Of a stretch of 47,113 bases of DNA, positions 37,901 through 47,113 are shown one piece after another. Where the stretch lies: positions 1-47,113 of the forward strand of contig JAUCBJ010007073.1 of assembly GCA_032718475.1 (NCBI GenBank). Direction: 5' to 3'. The stretch comes from Nemertoderma westbladi. Lineage: Eukaryota; Animalia; Xenacoelomorpha. Below the pieces are notes generated by a model, which saw only the letters and a program-made list of their open reading frames with translations, was not told where the DNA came from and ran no database searches. Every line of letters begins with the position of its first letter. Position 1 is the first letter of the stretch. Both the position numbers and the translations under genes were made by a program.

Positions 37901-39634
37901 GCTTCTGTTTATTGGCATCGGCCATATTGTGCTTCTATTTATTGTAATCCGCCATATTGTGCTTTGGTTTATTGGCATCGGCCATATTGTGCTTCTGTTT
38001 ATTTGAATCAGCCATATTGTGCTTTTGTTTATTCGAATCCGCCATATTGTGCTTCTGTTTATTGGCATCGGCCATATTGTGCTTCTGTTTATTGGAATCA
38101 GCCATATTGTGCTTATGTTTATTGGCATCGGCCATATTGTGCTTCTGTTTATTGGAATCAGCCATATTGTGCTTTTGTTCATTGGAATCAGCCATATTGT
38201 GCTTCTGTTTATTGGCATCGGTCATATTGTGCTTCTGTTTATTGGCATCGGCCATATTGTGCTTCTATTTATTGTAATCCGCCATATTGTGCTTCTGTTT
38301 ATTGGCATCGGCCATATTGTGCTTCGGTTTATTTGTATCAGCCATATTGTGCTTTTGTGTATTCGAATCCGCCATATTGTGCTTCTGTTTATTGGCATCG
38401 GCCATATTGTGCTTCTGTTTATTGGAATCAGCCATATTGTGCTTCTGTTTATTGGCATCGGCCATATTGTGCCTCTGTTTATTGGAATCAGCCATATTGT
38501 GCTTTTGTTCATTGGAATCAGCCATATTGTGCTTCTGTTTATTGGCATCGGCCATATTGTGCTTCTATTTATTGGAATCTGCCATATTGTGTTTCTGTTT
38601 ATTGTAATCCGTCATATTGTGTTTCTGTTTATTGTAATCCGTCATATTGTGTTTCTGTTTATTGTAATCGCCGCAGCCATATTGTGCTTTTGTTCATTGG
38701 AATCAGCCATATTGTGCTTCTGTTTATTGGCATCGGCCATATTGTGCTTCTGTTTATTGGAATCAGCCATATTGTGCTTCTGTTTATTAGAATCGGCTAT
38801 ACTGCGCTTCTGTTTAATGGAATCGGTCATATTGCACTTCTGTTTATTGTAATCGCCGCAGCCATATTGTGCTTTTGTTCATTGGAATCAGCCATATTGT
38901 GCTTCTGTTTATTCGAATCCGCCATATTGTGCTTCTGTTTATTGGCATCGGCCATATTGTGCTTCTATTTATTGGAATCAGCCATATTGTGCTTTTGTTT
39001 ATTGGAATCGGTCTGTTTATTGTAATTGGTCATATTGTGCTTCTGTTTATTGGAATCGGCCATATTGTGCTTCTGTTTATTGGCATCGGCCATATATTGC
39101 ACTTCTGTTTATTGGAATCGGTCATATTGTGCTTCAGTTTATTGGAATCAGCCATATTGTGCTTCTGTTTATTGGAATCGGTCATATTGTGCTTCTGTTT
39201 ATTGGAATCCGCCATATTGTGCTTCTGTTTATTGGCATCGGCCATATTGCGCTTCTGTTTATTGGAATCGGTCATATTGTGCTTCTGTTTATTGGAATCG
39301 GCCATATTGTGCTGCTGGTTATTGGAATCCGCCATATTGTGCTTCTGTTTATTGGCATCGGCCATATTGTGCTTCTGTTTATTGGAATCAGCCATATTGT
39401 GCTTTTGTTCATTGGAATCAGCAATATTGTGCTTCTGTTTATTGGAATCGGTCATATTGTGCTTCTGTTTATTGTAATCTGCCATATTGTGCTTTTGTTT
39501 ATTAGCATCGGCCATATTGTGCTTCTGTTTATTTGAATCAGCCATATTGTGCTTTTGTTCATTGGAATCGGTCATATTACGCTTCTGTTTATTGGAATCG
39601 GCCATATTGTGTTTCTGTTTATTGTAATCCATCA
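31912..39634. repeat. 30-bp minisatellite (CATATTGTGCTTCTGTTTATTGGAATCGGC), about 7.7 kb, roughly 255 copies, with higher-order variant blocks
   Basis: Directly visible. Copy number estimated as length divided by 30. Confidence 0.98.
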
Positions 39635-39945
39635 TTTGTTTTTATTTGTTATGCATAATATTGTGGGTTATCGAGGACTATTGTGAATTATTACTAAATT
39701 ACTTAAGACGGCAAAGTACTGCTGCAGATTATGGTGTTGACAGAGGGGAGGCCATGAAGACGTAAATTGCGGACATACAAGACATCAGGAAGTATTTCCA
39801 GGTCTATCTTTTACCTGAGCCGCTAGCTGAATGGTTAGAGCGACAGACTTCCAACCTGGTCGTCATTGCCGACTTTGCAAAGCAGTGTACAAGAAAAGTT
39901 ATTACTTAATGGTTATAATATGTAATGTAAATTAATATTTTTCAG

Positions 39946-40124
39946 TCTTATTTCTTGTGGGAACTCCATTCTATAAAATGCACCCCCCGAAAGGGAACAT
40001 ATTGCTAGAAGTTGTAAAGTCAATATTTCTTGCGTTAACCAATAAATTTAGGCGAGGTTGGTGTTCGACACACACCGACCGAAGTCATTGGATGGATTAC
40101 GCGCTAGATCATCCCGATACAGAG
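39946..40124 (+). CDS. SLC15A1: SLC15 transporter exon (end of TM6 and intracellular loop)
   Basis: TTTCAG| acceptor completes A+TC (Ile). LFLVGTPFYKMHPPKGNI...HWMDYA. Donor GAG|GTTGGT. Confidence 0.93.
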
Positions 40125-40716
40125 GTTGGTAAACACATTGATTTATATTTATTCATCGTATTAACCCGATACAGAGGTTGGTAAACACATTGATTTATAT
40201 TTATTCATTGTATTAACCCGATACAGAGGTTGGTAAACACATTGATTTATATTTATTCATTGTATTAACCCGATACAGAGGTTGGTAAACACATTGATTT
40301 ATATTTATTCATTGTATTAACCCGATACAGAGGTTGGTAAACACATTGATTTATATTTATTCATTGTATTAACCCGATATAGAGGTTGGTAAACACATTG
40401 ATTTATATTTATTCATTGTATTAACCCGATACAGAGGTTGGTAAACACATTGATTTATATTTATTCATTGTATTAACCCGATACAGAGGTTGGTAAACAC
40501 ATTGATTTATATTTATTCATTGTATTAACCCAATACAGAGGTTGGTAAACACATTGATTTATATTTATTCATTGTATTAACCCGATACAGAGGTTGGTAA
40601 ACACATTGATTTATATTTATTCATTGTATTAACCCAATACAGAGGTTGGTAAACACATTGATTTATATTTATTCATTGTATTAACCCGATACAGAGGTTG
40701 GTAAAAACATTGATTT
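40113..40716 (+). repeat. 52-bp near-perfect tandem repeat, about 11.6 copies, spanning the exon/intron boundary
   Basis: Unit CCCGATACAGAG|GTTGGTAAACACATTGATTTATATTTATTCATTGTATTAA at 40113, 40165, 40217 ... 40685. Confidence 0.97.
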
Positions 40717-41028
40717 ACACCATAACCCTAATTTTTTTCAAATTTCAATAAAATGCTACGAAATTCGGTATGATGATAGATCGACACCTTTTCTTACTGG
40801 TGGCTGGCCGGATGTTTCAATTTCTCAGTTATTTCCATACAACAAAGCCCTTAAAAATGTCTATTTAGCAATGTTTAACCACTTCCGTAGACTTTATTTT
40901 ACGTCTTTGAAATGTAATATAGATATCATTAGAACCGCCTTCGTCTGTAGATTCCGAATCTGAAAACCGTTTTTGAAAAATGTATTCACTTAATTATTAT
41001 ACAGTAATACAATAATATTTTGTTTTAG

Positions 41029-41163
41029 AAACAAAAAGTGGAAGACATCAAAGGTGTTCTCAAGGTACTATTTCTTTATATTCCATTTCCGGTGTTTGGG
41101 GCATTATTTGACCAACAGGGTTCCAGATGGACGTTACAAGCTACAGTTATGGATGGAAGCTTG
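41029..41163 (+). CDS. SLC15A1: SLC15 transporter exon (TM7)
   Basis: TTTTAG| KQKVEDIKGVLKVLFLYIPFPVFGALFDQQGSRWTLQA..MDGSL |GTTAGT. Phase 0/0. Confidence 0.95.
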
Positions 41164-41701
41164 GTTAGTCTACGCAGACCGGTATGCAGCAAACCTCGTC
41201 CGCGAGAAAGCTTCACCCGGAGCAATCTTTGCCCTCAAAATGAGTGTTAACATCATCGTTTATTGTTTTGGTTAGAAAATGCCGTCTTTGTAACCTGCTC
41301 CTTTCCCCCTATAGAGCGAAGGTTGGACGCGGGCGAAGATTGGATGCGTGCTAAGATTGCACCCAGCCCACATTCCGAAGGCTAGAACTACTATGCCTGT
41401 GGAATTTGACACACTGGTGTTTTATTATTCTGTTGAAATGTTGAAATTGCTACACTCTTGTGGTTTCAATAACATAACAATACCATAACATATTTGGTTC
41501 ACGCGCTTCAAATCAATTACTAAAATGAGATTGTTGCATAGTTGACACACTGCGTTGGCGTTCTGGCGTAGGATAAACATTCTTACACAGGTCTACAGTA
41601 TCTATAACGAGTTTCACAATGAAAACAATTGAGAACCACGGCGGGTAAATTTAAAGATGTTTCTCTCTAGAGTAGGTATAATAACTATAATAATAATTGT
41701 T

Positions 41702-41836
41702 TAAATCACGTTGATAAAAGTAGCACTTCATGGAAAAAGAGTACAAGTCGGTTTACTCGCCGAGCGAAGCAAGGTACGTAAATTTTAGACGAGTACTGAT
41801 TTCCTATAAAGTATGTACTTTTATCAACGAGATTTA
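41702..41836. repeat. Inverted repeat (21 bp, 1 mismatch) enclosing a CGAGCGAAGC motif; MITE-like end
   Basis: TAAATCACGTTGATAAAAGTA ... TACTTTTATCAACGAGATTTA. Confidence 0.65.
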
Positions 41837-41887
41837 GGTAATTTTATTCAAAAATTGAAACATCTCTATCCGACTTTCTGATGTTAT

Positions 41888-42490
41888 CAATACTGCGGGT
41901 AGACATACTGATTTTATCGGTAGGCCTACAGTGTTCGCGTTCGCCGTAGTCGCCAATACTGCGGGTAGACATACTGATTTTATCGGTAGGCCTACAGTGT
42001 TCGCGTTCGCCGTAGTTGCCAATACTGCGGGTAGACATACTGATTTTATCGGTAGGCCTACAGTGTTCGCGTTCGCCGTAGTTGCCAATACTGCGGGTAG
42101 ACATACTGATTTTATCGGTAGGCCTACAGTGTTCGCGTTCGCCGTAGTTGCCAATACTGCGGGTAGACATACTGATTTTATCGGTAGGCCTACCGTGTTC
42201 GCGTTCGCCGTAGTTGCCAATACTGCGGGTAGATATACTGATTTTATCGGTAGGCCTACAGTGTTCGCGTTCGCCGTAGTCGCCAATACTGCGGGTAGAC
42301 ATACTGATTTTATCGGTAGGCCTACAGTGTTCGCGTTCGCCGTAGTTGCCAATACTGCGGGTAGACATACTGATTTTATCGGTAGGCCTACAGTGTTCGC
42401 GTTCGCCGTAGTTGCCAATACTGCGGGTAGACATACTGATTTTATCGGTAGGCCTACAGTGTTCGCGTTCGCCGTAGTCGCCAATACTGC
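41888..42490. repeat. 66-bp near-perfect tandem repeat, 9 copies
   Basis: Unit CAATACTGCGGGTAGACATACTGATTTTATCGGTAGGCCTACAGTGTTCGCGTTCGCCGTAGTTGC. Confidence 0.97.
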
Positions 42491-43259
42491 TGTTTGATAT
42501 GCTGATTGCTACCGGTTGACGCTGTTGAAACTGAGAGGAAATATATGTTTAAATGTTTTAATAAATAATATTACAGTAGTTATATTATTATTCAAAGCCT
42601 ATAAAGTGTGAATCATCATCACATTCGAAAAACAACATTGGAATAACAATTTCAATATCATTGTTATAGCAATACTATGCATTAATACTTATTGCACTAC
42701 TGTATATATGTGTGGGTGTGTAGCGCTAGTGACACAGTCAATGAAAACCAATGGTTACAGGGCAAGTCAAGGCTTTGTCCAAATTGAACAATTTTTAGTA
42801 TAAGGGTCAATCGATAACTGAAGGTTGTTTTAAAAAAAATTTTTGAAATGTAGTTGTAATAATTTAGTGCTATTTAGTAGCATAAAATTATTACTATTAC
42901 TAAAAACACTACTCTTCATACAAACATTAGTTATATAACTAGTTATTCCGTATTTATAATTAAGAAGATGATTGAATAAAAGCATTGGTCGACATTTTCT
43001 GATATTGATTATTTCCAATTTTATTATCAAATTAATTTATTATTTTCCTATATTTAAAAAAAAATAGGATTTTTCACATTTCGAAGCCAATAAAATTAGT
43101 TAGGATCAAAATTTCATTAAAAAATATTGAATATTGGCAGAAATAATACCATTCCGAGATAATTGCCTTTATAATTTGAACCTTCCCGCGCAAACATTGT
43201 CTGTTAATGAGAGAATGTCTGTCAATATATATCTATCAACATGAAAGCACAAAACCGTT

Positions 43260-43795
43260 CTAAGATTTTTGATGTGGGGGTTTTCCTGGTCGCTGATTTC
43301 ATTTCAAAGGCCAATTTTCAATTTTAATGATATCTAGTTTGTCTGTATGTCTGTCTGTCGGTCTTTCTGACTATCCGACTATCTGTCTGTCATATATAAG
43401 AAAAAGGCACACTGTTGAGCTAAAGGATTAGCTGTAGGTTCCTGTTCGCAGAATTCATTTCAAGTGTCAATTTTAACATTTGATCACTTCCAAATTGTCT
43501 GTTTGGCTGTCAGACTGTCGGTTATATTTTGACAGACAGACTGACAGGCATACAGATAGAACCGACAAGGCCAAATTTGATTAATGACATCAGAAATGAA
43601 GTCACCGACCTCGAAAACCCATACAGGGAATTTTTTAGACAGATAGTATTCTTTTTATTGACGGACAGACATATGGACGGACAAACTGACAGTAAAACGG
43701 ACGACAGACAGCCATATCTCGTGAAGTAAGACGGATCTTGCTAAACGGTTACAGCCATATCCTGAGAAGTAAGACGGATCTTGCTAAACGGTTTT
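43260..43795. mobile_element. Non-autonomous element remnant with GACA/TGTC microsatellites in inverted arrangement
   Basis: GGGGTTTTCCTGGTCGCTGATTTC (about 43277) is inverted relative to GAAATGAAGTCACCGACCTCGAAAACCC (about 43593). About 43-bp tandem duplication at 43708-43793. Confidence 0.4.
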
Positions 43796-44163
43796 CAAAT
43801 TTGGAAACTTGATAAAAATCTGCTCTAGATGAAATAAAAAAAAAATTTTCAAAATATTATTGAAGTAGAAGTATATTTCGTATATTCGATTCGATTCGTA
43901 TATTTCGGAAACATTGGAAATGCATTATAATAAAAAGTACAAACAAAGTAGGAATATACAATTATTTTGTTATTTGTTATACAATTATTTTGAATTATTC
44001 ATGGCCTATTGCACAGCTCTTTAACTGCATTAAAATTCCAATACAAAATTTATCTTCAGATACTTCTGGTTTGCATGGTATATATAAATTATATTTAACA
44101 GGGATCTTTTATTTTCAATTTAATACTCAATAATTGTCTGTTTCTATTAATTATATTTAACAG

Positions 44164-44367
44164 GGTTCTTTTGTGATTAAACCAGACCAAATGCAAGTAA
44201 TCAATCCTATGTTAATTCTTATCTTCATCCCATTATTCGAGGGAGTCATCTACCCGCTCCTCAGTAAATGTTACCTACTGCGGAAACCCCTACAACGTAT
44301 GGGTTTCGGGATGTTCCTCGCCGCATGTGCCTTTGTAGTTGCGGGATTCTTGCAGCTGAGTATAGAT
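44164..44367 (+). CDS. SLC15A1: SLC15 transporter exon (TM8-TM9)
   Basis: AACAG| GSFVIKPDQMQVINPMLILIFIPLF...PLQRMGFGMFLAACAF...SID |GTGAGT. Confidence 0.95.
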
Positions 44368-45082
44368 GTGAGTCGATAGATTGAGTCGGTCAGTTAGGTT
44401 TACGTTAGGTGTAGATGTGAGACGGTACAGTTAGGGTTACGTTACAGTAGGTGTAGATTGAGTCTGCTGGTACAGTTAAGGCCCATTTATACTCGGCCAT
44501 ACGACAGCCGTTGTTGGTAAGAAATTGTGATATTTGTCCGTACCTACAGCAGCCGTCAGGCAGCCGTACGGTATGTTTGGTATGCCGTACATCTAGCTAT
44601 ACGTATTTATTTGAGATTTCAGATTCCGTATTAAAATATAGTAGTATTATACGTCGTAAACATTGATAACGCTTGTGATATTTTTTTCAAATAAAACAAT
44701 ATATTCGATATAAAAACGTAACGGAAAACACTATTTTCCATTCCTTTTCTTTAGCAAAATTTAGTTATTCCGCCCTCGTACTGTATGTTGAGATTTCCAC
44801 TCGTTGGCATTTTAACACTCGCTTCGCTCGTGCTAAAAACTTGTTAACTCGTGTAAAAGTCAACCACTTGAACAGAATAGTTGAATATCGCTAACTATTA
44901 AATGAGTGAAAAAAAGCGCTTTTTTCCACTTACTTTTTTTTATCGAATAATATTCCTTTACTGGTATAATAATTAAAAATAAATGGATTCCACTAATTAA
45001 TGAGATTCATGATTAATTGTTACCTGCAGACAGTAAAACTTTTACAATCAGGAATATGTGGTATTTTCCTTAATGTTCATAG

Positions 45083-45233
45083 GCTGCTCAAAATTCTCAT
45101 CCAACTGGAACGCAAGCCTCCGTAAGAGTTATCAACGGCGCTCCCTGCAACGTAACGCTAACCTCCGAACTGTTTGTGGGACAGAATCCATTGCTGGTTA
45201 AATATAAGTCTCAATCGAGATATTTTATATTAG
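45083..45233 (+). CDS. SLC15A1: SLC15 transporter exon (start of extracellular domain); not in ORF track
   Basis: CATAG| AAQNSHPTGTQASVRVINGAPCNVTLTSELF...YFIL G|GTGAGT. Open and phase-compatible (0/1). Confidence 0.85.
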
Positions 45234-45572
45234 GTGAGTAATGCTACCTACCTACCTTAGCAACGTACTAGCCATCCCCTAGTAACGGACACACCCATGA
45301 CCTACTATAACTGTTATAGTAGGTCATAGCACACCTTACCATGGCAACGAAAGACATATCCTCTCCCTAGCAACGATATGAACTAAACTGTTACTGTATT
45401 AATCGTGATAATTTAAATAAGTCAAATGAATTAAGTAAACAACCTTAGGCCTACAGGTAGGTATGTACAGCAGTAGACTGTTGACAATATATATAAGCAA
45501 CCAAAACCTAGACAGTAGTTATTTAGTATTATAGTTATTTAAGTATTAATGTTATACCTATTAATATTCCAG

Positions 45573-45739
45573 ACTCTTCGCTATATAACAATGAGAAGGT
45601 GACAGTGACTGATGCTTCTGGGTGTTTCTCTATCTCAGACACAGATAACAACACTGTTTCTAAAGATTTTACACTGAAACCCAAACAATCTATTTCTGTA
45701 ATTGTAACTTTAGTCGATGACGATCTTAAATTACATCAG
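45573..45739 (+). CDS. SLC15A1: SLC15 transporter exon (extracellular domain); not in ORF track
   Basis: TTCCAG| (D)SSLYNNEKVTVTDASGCF...LKPKQSISVIVTLVDDDLKLHQ |GTGGGC. Open and phase-compatible (1/0). Confidence 0.8.
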
Positions 45740-46486
45740 GTGGGCCCCAAATATTAGTTAATTTTTGAGACATAGGGGGGATCCCAATTCGATAGATTAA
45801 TAATAATAATGTTAATCATCATTTAAGAGAAAGGAGCAGGTTACAGTGACACTGTACCTCAAACGAAAGTTAATAGAATATCGGTTACAGTTTAATATTT
45901 ACTCATAATCAGCATTTTCTTTTCCTTGAGTTTCTCCTAGAGTAAATGAAAAAAGTAGAAAATTATAGGGTTCCATAAAACACGGAATGTAAAGATACAA
46001 GAATGAGGTTAGAAATACAACTGGACCACTAAATACTGTACGATAGGTAGATAAACAGGACAAATTACAAATTATATAAAAAAAAACATTATAATGTAGT
46101 TGTAATAACAAACTGACAATCTACAGTATGACAAACGCACTACCGTACTATATACAGTAGAAATAGGAACGCGGTACAGTACAGTACAACTAGTATAAAA
46201 TACAAATAAGTACAAATAGTACACGGTACAATACAGATAGGAAAACAGTACGGGTATATGTAATCGATTTTTCACGCCTTCGTAGGCAGAGCCCCTATAA
46301 AACGAACTCCCTCGTGATACTAATTTTAGATGCAGTATATAAATTCCCATATTACTACCGTCCACATTCCTCACCCAAACTCCTTTTTGACATATTATCC
46401 AAAATTTAACGGCCCTTCCCCTTTGCATTCCCTTCAAACCCAACCAATGAACCTGACAGCTAGTAATACTTTCCCTGGCAATTTTC

Positions 46487-46825
46487 CTCATTACCCTCAC
46501 CCAATAGGAGAGCCTCATTCCCTCAGCCTAATTATCCTCACCCAATAGGAGAGCCTCATTCCCACAGCCTAAATACCCTCACCCAATAGGAGAGCCCCAT
46601 CCCCTCAGCCTAATTACCCTCACCCAATAGGAGAGCCTCATTCCCTCAGCCTAATTACCCTCATCCAATAGGAGAGCCTCATTCCCTCAGCCTAATTACC
46701 CTCACCCAATAGGAGAGCCTCATTCCTTCAGCCTAATTACCCTCACCCAATAGGAGAGCCTCAATTCCTCAGCCTAATTACCCTCACCCAATAGGAGAGC
46801 CTCATTCCGTCAGCCTAATTACCTT
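46487..46825. repeat. 41-bp tandem repeat, about 8 copies
   Basis: Unit CCTAATTACCCTCACCCAATAGGAGAGCCTCATTCCCTCAG. Confidence 0.95.
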
Positions 46826-46945
46826 CGTTTGGCTCATAATAGGTCCAGGGAAGCCCTTCTTATTTGTTATATCCAATAAACTCCGTAATATAATGTAGGT
46901 TTATATATAATTGGACAGTTTCACATGTCAATTTCAATTATAGCT

Positions 46946-47113
46946 TTACCCTATTAGTACCGGGCTATAAAATGTTTTACAAATACCGGGGGGGGGGGGG
47001 GGGGTCATATTGACCCCCCCCCCTCCCCCCCCCCCTTCTAAAATCTACAAATTTCTACGAAAACGTTGTAAAAGCTTTTGTGGGATAACTGATACGTTTG
47101 CCTTTGCTGGCCA
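46946..47113 (+). mobile_element. Start of a possible piggyBac-like non-autonomous element
   Basis: TTTACCCTATT start; G-run/C-run hairpin GGGGGGTCATATTGACCCCCC. Shares sequence with 9040-9070 in inverted orientation. Confidence 0.3.

Noticed and set aside
31881-39635. Dozens of long ORFs (e.g. 668 aa KQKHNMADSN-type and 617 aa HIVLLFIGIG-type repeats)
   Set aside because: Artefacts of a 30-bp stop-poor unit. They are open on both strands, broken by indels, and lie inside an intron whose flanking exons join in frame.
31912-42490. CRISPR-like appearance of the regular arrays
   Set aside because: No unique spacers, no cas genes, and a eukaryotic intron context; these are head-to-tail tandem repeats.
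41834-42497. 188-216 aa repeat ORFs
   Set aside because: Products of a 66-bp tandem unit, open in three frames, with no splice or domain support.

Overview
This is eukaryotic, AT-rich animal (probably invertebrate) genomic DNA, not prokaryotic. The backbone is a + strand SLC15/POT-family (PEPT1/2-like) proton-coupled oligopeptide transporter gene. Seven coding exons join in frame with canonical GT-AG sites (7302/7314-7606, 10229-10587, 39946-40124, 41029-41163, 44164-44367, 45083-45233, 45573-45739), and the gene continues past the window. Intron 10588-39945 (about 29.4 kb) is mostly a decayed Polinton/Maverick-like element (11472-31645). It has about 450-bp TIRs with AGTAGT...ACTACT ends, a decayed 6-bp TSD, and integrase and minor-capsid-like pseudogenes. 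Nested inside it are an internally deleted BEL/Pao LTR element and an RTE LINE. That LINE was itself hit by a second RTE LINE and by a CR1/L2-group LINE carrying a virus-like 2A motif. A 7.7-kb 30-bp minisatellite follows. The most unusual observation is that tandem repeats start at, and multiply, the gene's own splice donors at three exons, producing arrays of AG|GT sites. Two normally conserved transporter residues also appear substituted. All family assignments come from motif recognition by eye; no searches were run.
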